Of a stretch of DNA of 64,000 nt, positions 13,231 to 25,959 are shown piece after piece. This stretch comes from Vicugna vicugna. Taxonomy: Eukaryota. Within the stretch, counting starts at the first letter, position 1, and every line of letters starts with the position of its first letter. Below the pieces are notes generated by a model. That model was not told the origin of the DNA. It saw nothing but the letters and a program-made list of their open reading frames with translations, and ran no database searches. The translations under genes and the position numbers were made by a program. The stretch is taken from contig MU058463.1 in assembly GCA_013265495.1 (NCBI GenBank), positions 3,061,523-3,125,522 of the forward strand, in the 5' to 3' direction.

Positions 13231-16200
13231 AAATTAGCTTCAGAAACCACTTTCTTAGTCCATGAGCTGCAGTTGAGGAAAGTGATGTCTTGTGGGCCAT
13301 TATGATGCTTTTTATAGAAATTAGCATTCATGGGCATGGACAGAGTAACATAGGAGTGAATAATTGGAGACCCTTTGTTGCTAGTTTGATCACAAAGACA
13401 CACCTCTGTGTGACCATAAGGGCACTGGTTGACCTTCGTATGCCTTAAGGCATGTAGACATATGCCTTCCTCCTGGCTTCAAAAGCTCATCGCTTACATG
13501 GCCTTTTTGAAGTTGAGTATATATTCTACAGAGTGCATGATGTGGCCAGAGGCAAATCTGGATCTTGTTTAAAAAGAAAGAAAGAAAAAAAAACAAGCTA
13601 GTATATTGGTTGTTGACCACGTGAACTCAATAAAGCACCCATGAGAATGTGTGTTTATCAGTAAACCCATGCGTGTGTGTGCAGGTGTATATAAATTATC
13701 TGCATAGATGTGTATATATGTGCACACACACATACACATGTATAAAATATCAGCACACAAGCATATGTCCTTGGCGACTGTTTCATTAAATGCAATTAAC
13801 AAAGACTTTGTAATTCCTCACTTGTCTAGAGTAGTGTAAGTACAGCAGTTTGAGAAGGCAAACTGTAACTGTATACAGTAAAAATAGTTTGCAGTTATAT
13901 TTTTTAAATAAATTTAAAGTTACGTATATGAGCTAAAAATTTTTAAATCTTCAAAGCATGATCCTTCATGATCCTGAGGACCACTGAAGATTTATTTTAT
14001 GCACATCCACACAAAGTAAAATGCAAATCTGAATTATCGTCTGCATCAGAGGGACCTAAACCCATTTTCCCCACAAAATACAGAAAATATTGTTGTTGAA
14101 AGTCAATCTTAGGGCCCCAAGTCCTAGATTATATTTTCTTTAATTATGGCTACATGATAAATATACACTTGAAAAGAAAAATAATAACACTTGTATATCT
14201 TGCTTTATGGATGTCAAATATTCACATCATTTTGTAGACCAAATATTGAATAATTGGATGAATATTTTTTTCCACCTGGATATTTCAGTGTTTAATTTTC
14301 ATCCAAGAATACAGAGATACATTGCCTACGAGATGTGACAAGAAATAGATTTACTTTCTTTCTTTTTTTCAAGTCATGAACATTTCGTAACTATTAGGAA
14401 ATGTACCCAAATTTTCTTTTCTCTTTATATCTTTTTAAATAGATGAAGGGAAGAATGGAAAAAATCTGTTCTTTGAGTATGTAGAGACGTATTAAGATTT
14501 GTCTTTTCAATAACAGCACGGGGAAGCTTTCTCCGCTGTCCTAGTTTCAGCCTGATTTTCATCTTAAACTTAGAAAATGTCTGTACCCAGCAAGCAGTTA
14601 TTTGCATGGCCAAGGGAGAGTACCTATTGCTAAAACACATTTTGGAACCTATTTTTCTAGTTATTCGTACACAAACCACTTTCAGTAACTATGTTAATTT
14701 CAGATTTTGATTATTGGAAGCAATTGAATGACTTCAGAATGTACGTGATTTTTTTTTTCTAACACCTCACGGAAGGATCCATTGGCCATAGGAAGTGCTC
14801 AAAGATTTTACTACCCAAAGGTTTTAGCAGAGAAATGTTTCCTCATAATGGGGATATGAAAGACACCGCCTCTGTAATTTACTGAAGTTCAGCTTGAGAA
14901 CAAGCTGTTTTTTTTATGTACAGAGCTAGCAATTCACAGGTCCCAGCTGAAATGTATTTCTGTTGTTGTTGGAAGGTTTCAAAGATATGGCATTTGGAAA
15001 TTCCTTAATTAGATTTAAGATTTTAGTCATACAGTGGATTCTCTTTGTAATCAGAATGTATTTATTTGACAGTTGCTTTACTTAGTGATGCTCATTTCAC
15101 ACTGTGAATAACCAACAAAAACTCTCATATGCTAGCACTCCAATAGCTTTTTTTTTCGTTTGAAAACAGAAAGCGGAGAAATCAGAAGAGATTTATAGAG
15201 AGTGGCTCAAACTGAAACCTATTCGGAAGCACCATTCCTATTTGCACAGCTAAACATTTTTGTGTTTTATTTTGAATGAAGGAGAACATAGACAGATAGC
15301 TCCAAGTTGGAAGCATATATGAAGATCTGCTTCTACATAAACACATTACACAATCAGCATTCACAGAGGGCTGCCAGCTCCGGAAGACTCGCATGCCCAT
15401 GGGTCATCCCTGGGGGACAGGCTGTATATAAATACCAACTGCCAGTTCACAGTTTGTGCAAATATGAAGTCTGTTAGGCCAAGATAACATGTATCTAGTG
15501 TGACATGGCAGCACCCAGCTACGTATGTGGACCTCAGGATGGCCCGTCCTTGACATTATTTTACTTCTCACTAAAGTAGCGTGCTATTTGCAGACAGATT
15601 GGTAAATGAACAGTAACTGTAAGATATGTGGGGAGAAAAGAACTGAACAACGACAGTAATGATTTTCCAGAAGGCCGTGAAGGGAAGAAAGAACTGCATG
15701 AAGTCTGCATCACTTGCACATTCTTTTGTTCCATTAGCTCTTTTGAGGGTCATTAAAATAGCCTCCCAGTTACATTTCTTGGTCTCTGTAGTCTAATCCA
15801 GCCTTCCACTCTTTGTTCCCAAATGAAGTTTTCAACTGGTTGCCTACTTCCCTCATCCTCTGTCGGTTTAAGTGAAATTATTTCCTAAGCATTTTCTGGG
15901 CCATCCCACCTGCCCTGGAAGGTCAGCCCCTACCACATTTCCACCCTGTGTCTTTGGAGGCACATTGTAAAGATGAATGTTTTCCATTTGGACATCTTTC
16001 TTCCCCCTAAGAGTCATCTCTCCTTCCTAGACACTCAAAAACATTCTCTGTGACTCTTTCTTAGAAGTACATTTAGCTTTCTGTTTTGTAATACAGGTTT
16101 ACTTGTTGATATGAGGGTCTTCACACTTTCCCCTTGTCAGCTATTTCTTTAAGGGCTGGAGTTCATAACTTATTCATTTTTATGGCTCACATGAAACTCT

Positions 16201-16424
16201 TTCATAAGTTTCCTTTGTCTGTGTAGACAAGTCAGTAGTTCTTTATACTCTTATCCTATCCTGTGCTTCTGATTTTTTCCTTTGATCACAATTAAAATTG
16301 TAGGAATAATAGAATAATTTGCTTTTAATGCCATCTCTCTTGCAAAAATGGATGCTCCACAAGAGCTTATGTTCACAGGCAGATCCCAAGTCCTTCACAA
16401 GGAATTCAATATAGAAGTGTAGAA

Positions 16425-16468
<44 letters not shown>
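16425..16468. repeat. (ATAG)11 tetranucleotide microsatellite
   Basis: 11 perfect ATAG units read directly. Confidence 0.98.
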
Positions 16469-16469
<1 letters not shown>

Positions 16470-16659
16470 GTAGGAACAAACATTCACATCTCCATCCTTC
16501 TGTGGTGATACTGCTCTAGTCTCCAAAAGACCATGATTCCAAGAGTAAGGATGGAGGATTGTCACATAAGATTTACACCTGGTTTTCATATCCAGTCTCA
16601 GTGTGGTAGACATCTTTGTAGTAGTGCCTTCTTTTCTATGGTACACAATGTCCCTTGAC

Positions 16660-17985
16660 CATGCTGTCTAATCCCTCTGCATAGTCATGACCTCTGAACC
16701 TGTATCTCCCATCAGGACTTCTCTTGAATTCCAGAGGTTCACCTGCTTTCTGGACATCTTCGCTTAGATATCCTATGGCAGAGATTGGTTAGTGTTTCAC
16801 TAAGTCATTTCATTTCCTTCTATCTCCTGGTTATATTTCTCAGTGGTTTAGACAGTTAAGTGTAGCCATGTTTGGTTAATAGAGTTTTGATGAAAGTTAT
16901 ATGCACATTTCTAGGCCTGACCGGTAAAACCTACAGTTACCTTCCACACTCTACTTCCCTGTTTAGCTGCTCAGTGTTGAAGATGCAGCAGAGAACCGTG
17001 TGGCCCTAGAGCATGGCTGGACCATGTGAAGCAGTGATATAGTATGCCTACAGATTGGGCTTAAAAAAGTAAGACACAGTTCTATTTGTTAAGTTATTGA
17101 AATTTTGAGGTTGTTTGTTACAGCAGTAAGCCAAACATGTCTGATATGTATTCTCCCTTAAATATGTCTTCTGATTTCCCTGATGTGTTAATGCCCTTTC
17201 ACTTTTGCTCAGTTAGAATGCTGTGAGTTCCCCAGAGCACTTTTTTTCCTCATCTCTTACTCCTCATCAGCCAACATCCCTTGTTCTGCATTCCTACTTT
17301 CACTATTTTAGTTCAGGTTATCATCTTTTCTTGATAGTCCATGAAAGTAGCATCCTGAAAGGTCTTTCTGCTTTCTGTCTTCCTCCCTTCCATCTATCCC
17401 CTGTACTGCCCTATAGCTCTCTTATATGAACATTTTAAATTCAGATTGAATTAAATTTTCTTTAGCATATCATCTGTTTAAAATATATCATAACCCATCC
17501 GTTCCCTAACTATCTTTCACCTACATTTCTAATGTCATATCTCAGGCTGTAAAAAAAACCGAAACAATGAACAACAGCAACCAAAAACACCAGAGGAATA
17601 CTTTTCTCTTAACAGAGTACACTTTTCACACTTTTGATTCTCTGCAGATGATATTTATGCAGCTCAAATGCCCTTTCCTTCCATTTCCTGTTCGACACAA
17701 TTTCATTCTCTTAATAAGGCTCAATTAAATAATCACCTTCTCTCTCTTTTCTAACCTCTCATGCTGAGTTAATTGCTCTCTCATTTGTACTCTACTGGCA
17801 CTTTGACTATAACTCTCTTGCCGTGTTTATTCCTTTGGATTTCAATTACATCTCTGTATGTGTCTCCCAATTGATTGTGAGACTCTAAAGAGAAAGAAAT
17901 AGGTCTTATTTAACTTTGGTCACTCTGACTACTTTGGTGAATGGCAACAAAGAAAATACTCAAAAAGTTTGTTGAATAAATTTTT
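16660..17985 (+). mobile_element. L2, interrupted by an MLT1 LTR
   Basis: catgacctctgaacctgtatctcc...ctctcttgaattccaga...ctggacatct; resumes about 17150 and ends gattgtgagactct...aaagtttgttgaataaat. Confidence 0.7.
16777..17147 (+). mobile_element. MLT1-family (ERVL-MaLR) solo LTR
   Basis: ggcagagattgg...catttccttct...gttaagtgtagccatg..., 3' end aagttattgaaattttgaggttgtttgttacagcag...tctgata; subfamily uncertain. Confidence 0.7.
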
Positions 17986-18094
17986 AACTATCACATAATT
18001 CACCATCAAATAAAAATGTGGTCTTATTTTCACTGTGGGATGAGCTCAACAAGAATAGGTAATTCTTTCCCATCTTGCAATGTTTCAGTAATAA

Positions 18095-18215
18095 TTATTA
18101 TTGATATTTAATGAATGGCCATTATGTGCTAGGCACTGTGCTATACTCTTTCTGTGCTTCATCTTGCTTATCCTTGCAATGGCTCTATGAAGTCAGTATC
18201 ATCATTGCATTTTAG
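18095..18215 (-). mobile_element. MIR fragment
   Basis: atttaatgaatggccattatgtgctaggcactgtgcta...ttatccttgcaatggctctatgaagt. Confidence 0.7.
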
Positions 18216-19394
18216 GTACTGCACTAGCTTAAGTTGGTGTATAGTTATGAACAAAGAACAGGTATGAGAAAAGTAGCCTTCTGCAGGAGCTGCTGAAGAA
18301 AGTAAAGTTGTTTTTGCCCCCAAGGTGACAAACCACTTGAGAGTATCCTAATGTCTTTTTCAACTGCCAAAGCTTTATATCTTATGAATTTACATAGAAT
18401 AATGTAGAACTTGGAAAATTCCATTCAGAATTAAGATAAAGTTTTTGTCTTCTTTAGATATTTATAAAGATCCCTCTGTGTCTGTTGAAACTACTGGGTG
18501 CCTAGTAAAGTTTTGAACAACCACCATGCATTTAAAGAGCATTCAAAAATTCAAGTGCTTTGCTCTGGGATGTTTGAGTATGTTAGAAACCCTCTTGAGC
18601 CCATATTTTGGAGTAGAATTTTGAAGGTAAGAAATAGCAGGCTACCAGGTAAGTGTTGAAGACCACTGAAACTCACACACATGCGGCAGTGTCTGAGGAC
18701 ATTCACTGGCAAGCCTGGTCTTTTGTATCCAAAAATTGTCCCGTCTGAACTACATCATTGTGTATAATATATATACAGTTAATGAATAATACTCTGTAAT
18801 AATCAAAGACAGACAAGTGGAACCCTTTCTGCCATTCAATAGAACACGAAAAAAAACCATCCAACTGGTGCTGTCAGCTTACTAGGCTATCACTTGTGCT
18901 AGCTCAGTGGACAAGGGCATAGTTCCTTTGATTTAGGAACTTACAGGTGACTTGAAAGGAAACAAATATGTATGAAGTCTGTATTGTTGGATCGTTTTCT
19001 AAATTACTCCTTTGATATCTCATTCTCTGATTCAAAAAATTCCAGTGTCTCCTGTTGCCTGTATCCCTGAACTCCTTGATCTAGTCTGCTTGCCCCCCGA
19101 CCCCATCCCATTGTCTTCAGTTCTATCTCTCTTGACTGCTCCTGTCAACCCATCTAATCACCAACTGTCAAACTCTGGGCTTCCCTGCACGCTCACCTAC
19201 TCTCTACCTGTCTCAACCCTACTCATACTTAACCATCCAAATTCTATCTCCTTCCTGAAAAATCTTCCTAATCATATCTACTAAAACTCCTTTCTTCTTC
19301 TTAGCCTTTTGGATCTATTGCATACTTAGTTGCTACTTTTCATTATTATCTTATGTATGTTTCATCTCTAGAAGCATTAAAGGGGAAAGGAAAC

Positions 19395-19545
19395 TAGTAT
19401 TTACTGTGTACATGCTGTATGCCAGGCACTAGGCTAGATTCTTCATATATATTATCTGGTTTAATTCTTACAACCCTGTGAATTAGGTATTATTAACTGC
19501 ACTTTAGAGATGAAGAAACCAAGGTTCAGAGAGTTTAGATAAATT
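19395..19545 (-). mobile_element. MIR SINE
   Basis: tatgccaggcact...tttaattcttacaaccctgtgaattaggtattatta...ttagagatgaagaaaccaaggttcagagag. Confidence 0.85.
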
Positions 19546-22443
19546 AGAATGCTTGACTGATGGCCATCTTTAAAACTGATTTGTGACAAAAATTCTCTTT
19601 GGCCTTCAACGCTCTTGTTAGCCTCAATTTTACTCACCCAGGCTTCATGTGTTTTTCCATTCCTTGTTTAAAATTTTTAAAAGGTCTATAAAATAATGGT
19701 AACTGACAATTGAAATAACTTAAATCTCCTGGTATACTGACATCCCAAGAAAAGCCAACTAATATAAAATAAAACAATAATGAAGGGGCAAAGTATATTG
19801 AATTTCTATTATTTAGTCCTTCTGAAATTATTTTATGATGTTTATATATCATAAACAGTCATCTTTGTGGCGTTTATGTTAAAGTATTCCAAATGGACTC
19901 ATGAAATCAATTCAAGTTTTGTTGCCCTCCTGATCTACAGATTCCCTCTAATTTAGCCCTTATAAATTTCTCCCCTACCTCAATGCTACTTGTTATATTT
20001 GGCTTTTTTAGGCTGGAGTTGGGTAATGATGTTCTGAGTTCTAACAGTATTGGCGACTGAACTTTGGGGTTTCTGGGCAGACTGAGTTCTCTTGAGAGTG
20101 TTGGGTAAAGCAAAAAGGTAAGTAACCATGGGGAGGTACACAGTGGCAGGTCAACAGTGCTTCTGTAAAATTTACAGTAATTCTGCTCTCCCCGCCATTG
20201 GAATAGATTAAGGAGAGTCTAATAGAGCTGCTGGGATACCCACGGCCAGAAATTTAGTATTTGCAATTCTACAGTAATTTTTTTGAAGACTTCAAAAGGC
20301 AGCACACATGCACAGTGATTTATTGTTTTATATCATCCAAATCTTAAGGACACCAATAAATTTTTAAGAGCTTGTCTATTTCCAAGGCTTGTAGAAATGA
20401 TGATTCTATATTTATCTCAATATATAATTAACAATAATTTATAAGTAATGGGTTTCATGTTCTGAAGACAAATTACTGGCCTTTCTTTTCCTTCTTTTTT
20501 AAAATAATTGTAGTGGCTGGGGGTTGGATTCTGCACAGTGATTTCCACGACACCCGATTTGGCATCTTAGACTGTCACAATGAGCTCATGGTCTCAGGTG
20601 AGGAATAAGCAAGCGCATATGAACCCTTAAGCAAAAGAGATGAAATTTTCATCCAAATGTCCTAAAGAATAAAAATGATGGAGATAAAAACAGAAAATAT
20701 ATGACATGGACAAAGTTGTTTCTAACTAGAACATTTTTCAAAGTTTTCTAGGGGCATCAATTGCTCTCTGAGCAAATCGTTTAGTACAGAGCTCTAGTGA
20801 GAGCATTAGCGAACGATCTTCTCTGCCTGCAATTAGATCAGTCATGCACTTGCAGGCTAGAATTTACGGTGATTTGTATTCCAGAAGAATCCTTGAGCTG
20901 TGCTTTTCAGAAAGAAAAATAAAGAAAACTACTAAAACATGCACCAATGATTGCCGATTTCTTTTTCTTTCGAAGTTGCTCTTGTTTCTTTTTTTATTTT
21001 AAAAGGTTAGGTTACCTAAAAATGAAGAAAGATACAGACACTGTAATATAAATATTCTCAAATCCCAAAGAGATTATTTGTTGGTACTGCTATCATAAAT
21101 GCCATAAGTATCGTTCCAAGTATACTTACGTATTTTAGGCATACATGCTTCATGTATATTATATACTCTTGATCATCTAGTTATTACACCCTTCTATCTC
21201 TAGGTATATAGCATGTTATTATCATTGCTATCATCATCATTATATCATTATAATTTGCACATGGCACATCCTCTGTAAGTAATTATCAACATTTAAAAAA
21301 TTAATTTAGAGCCTTCAGCAGAAAAGATGCTGTGTATGTTTGGAAAGTAAAACTTGAGAAGGGTGATTCAGCCTAGTGAATTATCTGTGATCTTGGCCTG
21401 CATCTGCACAGGATGGCTCTGGTCCAGCTGTCACATTGGACCAAACTGATCAGCAAAATCTGTGTGCAGGCACGGTGCTGGCCATGACTGCTGTTTCTGG
21501 ATGACAGCGAATGGCACTGCCCTATAAGAACACTCATCATGCTGGCTGATCCAACCAGACACTATTGTCTCAGAGATTTGGGGAATTATTCTGCTGCTCA
21601 AACTGTGGTCACAAAACTTCATATTTTACACATCTTCTATTTTTCTAAATTGCTTTCTCTTTCTTAAAACAGAAAACATACAGAGTATGCTTGGTATTTT
21701 AAAGCAAGTGATTGACTCTCAGATTAAAGTGTACAAATAATTCCAGCCATCGTCCAAGTTTATCTGGGATGCCACCTGGATAGGAAAGTGAAATCTCTTA
21801 CCAATTCTGTGTCTCCTTCTATGGTCCAAGCACGTAAGGTGCTGAGAATTTAGCGGGAAAGTGTATATTCATATGCTTTAGACAAGTGCAACAATAAGCA
21901 TGTGTACAAAGCACAGAAACAGGACAGAGAGATAGTGTTTCAGGTAGTAAATGTTACCTGAGAATTGTTACAATGAGAAATATAAAGAATACTTTTTTCC
22001 TCTAATTAAAACTGATATTAATTAGAGCCTAACAAAGTTATATGTTTGCTATTGTTGACACATTTTTTTCTCAAATCCTTTAAAAACTCTGATGAACTAG
22101 AGTTTCAAATGATTATCATGGTTTAAAATTAAAAAGAACCAACTATTTGTTGAATGGTTAGAGTTAATGTTTATTGTTATATGAAAGATTCCTACACTCA
22201 TATTAATGATTTATTTTCTTTATCTTTGTCAGCTATTAAGAATTATGATCTGTTCACGTTTGGGAAATATTCTGACATGAGGAATCTGAGGCAATTTCAG
22301 GCAAACGTTGGTGAACAGGTTCTACACCCAGACAGCTCAGACTTTGCCTTCTAGCATTCAGTGATTTGGGAATAACTGTACAAGTGGGAACTTCACAGAG
22401 CAGGCACCATTATGTTCTAGGCACCTTGCAAAAGGATTTATAT

Positions 22444-22604
22444 CCTGCTTCTCAAGTATGGTCCACAGATCAAATGCATCAGCATCATCGGGGAGCTTGT
22501 TAGAAGAGCAGCATCTCTGGCCCCACCCCATATTTGCAACCTCAGAATCTGCACTGGAACAAACTCTCCATCTATGCTGGCACGTTATGCTCTGAGAAGC
22601 CTTG
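22444..22604 (-). mobile_element. MER5A/MER5A1 (hAT-Charlie) inserted into an antisense MIR (about 22405-22700)
   Basis: cttctcaagtatggtccacagatc...gcatcagcatcatcgggagcttgttagaa...ggccccacccca...tcagaatctgca...tgagaagcc; MIR sequence lies on both sides. Confidence 0.8.
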
Positions 22605-23144
22605 CTTTCATATTTCATTTCTAATTCCTCACCATGGCCCTGCATTGAGAAATCTTTGTGCAGGATCACCAAGCTAGTAAGAGGAGGAGTGGTTTTCTTT
22701 ACTCAGATTCTGTCATGTTTCTATATACAGTTAAAACCCTTCCCTTGCTGAAGCCTTACCCCTTCTTCATCGTCCAGCTTGGGTTACAACACTTCAATCA
22801 AATCTTTCTTGATGTCTCCTGTTGCCAGCAACTTGTACCTCACAGTACTTGGATTTTGTCTTTTTTTGCCATGCAACTCAGTCATGTCTCAGATCGTTCC
22901 TGCTGGCATCCATGAGGACAGAAACACTCCTTTTGGGCTTGCATAGTCTATTGCACCTAGCTCAGCAAATGCCATATAATACGTGCTTAATGGTTGCTTG
23001 AATAAATTAACGATTGCCTTTGCCCTTTAAATAAAGTCATTGTACAGTTCATAAGGACAAGTAAATCCAGTTTAGTATATTAACCGCTGCTAATTGCTTC
23101 AAGGTTATTACTGCCTGGCTCACATTAATATTCATATTGGTAAT

Positions 23145-23345
23145 TCCTACCATGTGTATAGGATTTTATAACTTAAAAAGTACTTTAACACCTATGACAA
23201 TTAATCCTCCCTACAGTCTTCTGGCATGAGAATTCTATTGTGCCCATTTTACAGATACAGAAATTCATGCTTATAGAAATTGAGTGACCTGCAAAAAGTA
23301 TTCCTGGAAACATCATGGAATGGAAACTTAAACCCTTCTTATTCA
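23145..23345 (-). mobile_element. MIR SINE
   Basis: ttaatcctccctacag...tattgtgcccattttacagatacagaaa...gagtgacctgc. Confidence 0.75.
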
Positions 23346-23479
23346 AGATTTGTGTTCTTTCTGGTGTCTTTTTAAAAGCAGAAACATGAGTCTTGTATGA
23401 AGTCAAGAACTATTTTCTCAAATGGTGTTTGTAGCAGAAGCCTTCATGTACAATATACATTGACCTTAAGACATTCTTC

Positions 23480-23690
23480 CTCAGATGAAGGCACTGGAAT
23501 CACAGATGTAAGAAAGGAGAAATCTACAGAATTTGGTAACTGGTTAATAAGGTGCTGGAGAGAATGCAGGAGGGATAGAGTCAAAAAGAAGCCCCAGATT
23601 TGGAGCTCTGACGCCTCGGGGTGTGATGGTGCCGTTGATTTAACAGAGAAGCTGGGGGCCTGGGAGAGAGAACTCGGGGGTGGAGAGAGG
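23480..23690 (-). mobile_element. L2 fragment
   Basis: aggagaaatctacagaatttggtaactggtta...gagtcaaaaagaagccccagattt...gatggtgccgtt. Confidence 0.65.
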
Positions 23691-24124
23691 TCAGGGCTCC
23701 CAGGTCCTCGTTTTCCTCCTTCTGTGTTGTGGATCCAGTGTTAGTATGGGATTTGGTCTCTAAGTGATTGGGTTAATCATTGGCCCTGTCACACAGGTAA
23801 GAATTATTAACTTGGTTGTTTGAACCCACTGGGACATGGGGTTGTTAGTAAGTACAGAGCAGTCTCTTTCCCACATGACCCTGACTCATGGTCATACAAG
23901 GAGAGCTCTCTATAGGCAGGTGGTTGAGTGAGAAAGGAGTGAGAAAGCAGTTCAGGCCCTTGGTTTTACTCTCTGCTCAAATTTCTTCCTCTCTCCTCCT
24001 CATTGCTGTGAAGGAGTAGTCTGTGCGTCAAATTTATAAAAACTACAGCTGGAAACTTTGTTGGTTTCTTGGCCTTTCTTTTATCCAGGCTGAGAACTTT
24101 AAAAGACATTTCATCTAATTGTTG

Positions 24125-24340
24125 ATGGCCCAGAGTAGAAAGATCTGAGCGCTGCAGTTAGAAGTCCCGAGTTACAATTCTGACCCTGCTTTTTTATAGC
24201 TGTAAACTAGGGCAAATCACTTAACTTATCTGAAAGCAATGCATTAATCTACCAGCTGGTGAATAATGCTATGCAGCGTGTAGGGCTATGAAGAGCCAAA
24301 GAGCTGCTTCAGATGAAGCAGCTTGTCAGTTTCAATATGC
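24125..24340 (+). mobile_element. MIR SINE
   Basis: agttagaagtcccgagttacaattctgaccctgc...tagctgtaaactagggcaaatcacttaacttatctg. Confidence 0.7.
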
Positions 24341-25539
24341 TAGGTCATCGCAGTTTTTATTAACGTGAGAGCAGAACAAAGGACAAAATTGAGGGTAGCT
24401 ATCATTGTAAATATCCACTTAAAAGTAAATTACATGCTTTTAAAATTAAGACTTTTTAAAAAAATATTAACATCAGGATGATGCAGTATTGAGCACAAAT
24501 CAGAGCTAGTGATAGTCAATTATGAAAATAATGGCTCCCGTTTATTGAGCACCTACTATGGGCTAAGACATGCTTTGCAGACTTTCATTTCAGTATAATG
24601 ATGACCTCTGTTGACTCTTTCACTTACGTTTATGTATAAGAACAATATAAAACTTTAACTTAGGGAAATGAAGAAGAGTTGATTCTAAATGTGCATGTTT
24701 CATTTTGTTTTTTTTTAACTTTTATTTTTCACTTTCCCCATAGGTCTACACATTCATAGTTACTGTATCTTTAAAATGATATTAAAAAGAAACATGCTAG
24801 CACCCATTTCTGTTGTGTGCAGCCCTTGCTGTCTTGAGAGTAGTTCCAAGGTAGGTGAGCAAGACTGCTCAGCAGTGCAGGGCTGGGCTGAGGGAGACCT
24901 ACCTAGGCAGCAACATTTAAGGAGATTTAAGGAGGCACTCACTCACTCTGGCTTTCACACCCCGGGAGTGAGTGCCAAAAACTTAGCAGAAAAAAGATCC
25001 CTCAAAACATCCTCATATATACATAACAATTTCTGTCTTAAAGAAAAGGATTAAAGCTTCTACAGGTTTTACACAAAATTTAGTACAATTGTAAGAGGGT
25101 TTGGACCTTAAGAAAATTAAGAATGTGACACATTCTGTGAGAGACCAGCAGGGCAGGACCCACCAAGAAATACTGAGAATGATGGGAATGAGTGCAAATC
25201 ACAGGCCTACGGGTAAGTTTTGATCAAAGGCTCAGGACAAATGAACTGTCTCTGAATGGGTCCTGGATAGAGGTCCCTACGGGCCAGAGAGTTTCCTTCT
25301 TTTAAAGTCTCATCATGGGATTTCCTTAAAGAAATAAACTACCACCTCTTCACTGTTTTCTTTTATTTTTCTGTATTTTCCACTTTTTTCTTTGATAAAT
25401 GTATATTACCTCATAATAAACATGTCTGCAATTAAACAATAAATTGGACCTAATCTATCATTGGTTGCTTTTGACCTTAAATAACTATTTCACACAAGGT
25501 TCCCTATCTGCATCTCTCCCCAGACTTGGATTCTCCTTC

Positions 25540-25944
25540 AGCTTACTTTATTTTATTTTTGTCGTTAGAACACTTACCATAAGACCTATCCTCTTAAGAT
25601 CACAATTAAATTTAAGTTTTCAGAAAATACAATAGAAGTTCCTCAAAAAGTTAAAAACAGAACTGCCAAATGATCCAGTAGTCCTGCTTCTGGGTATTTA
25701 TCAAAAAGAATTGAAATCAGGGTCAGGAAGAGATATTAACATTCCTATGATCACTGTAGCATTATTTACAAAAGCCAAGATGTTGAAACAACTTAAATGT
25801 TCATTGACAGATGAATGGGTAAAGGAAATGTGGTATATACATACAATGGAATATTATTCAGCCTTCAAAGAAGAAAATTCTGCCATGAGCAACAACACGC
25901 ATTAACCTTGAGGCCGTTATGCCTAGTAAAATAAGCCAGTCACA
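25540..25944. mobile_element. L1 insertion with 5' inversion: antisense 3' UTR piece (25540-about 25620) plus sense ORF2 C-terminal piece (about 25623-25944)
   Basis: ORF 25711-25905 translates as ...[37 protein letters not shown], the L1 ORF2 C-terminus. The left part is T-rich plus gttagaacactta...agacctatcctctta (antisense L1 3' UTR). 11-bp direct repeat gattctccttc at 25529-25539 and 25945-25955. Confidence 0.8.
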
Positions 25945-25959
25945 GATTCTCCTTCTGCC

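Noticed and set aside
24934..24976. 11-bp inverted repeat ggcactcactc / gagtgagtgcc with a 21-nt loop
   Set aside because: One such stem in 64 kb is compatible with chance, and it is too short for a pre-miRNA.
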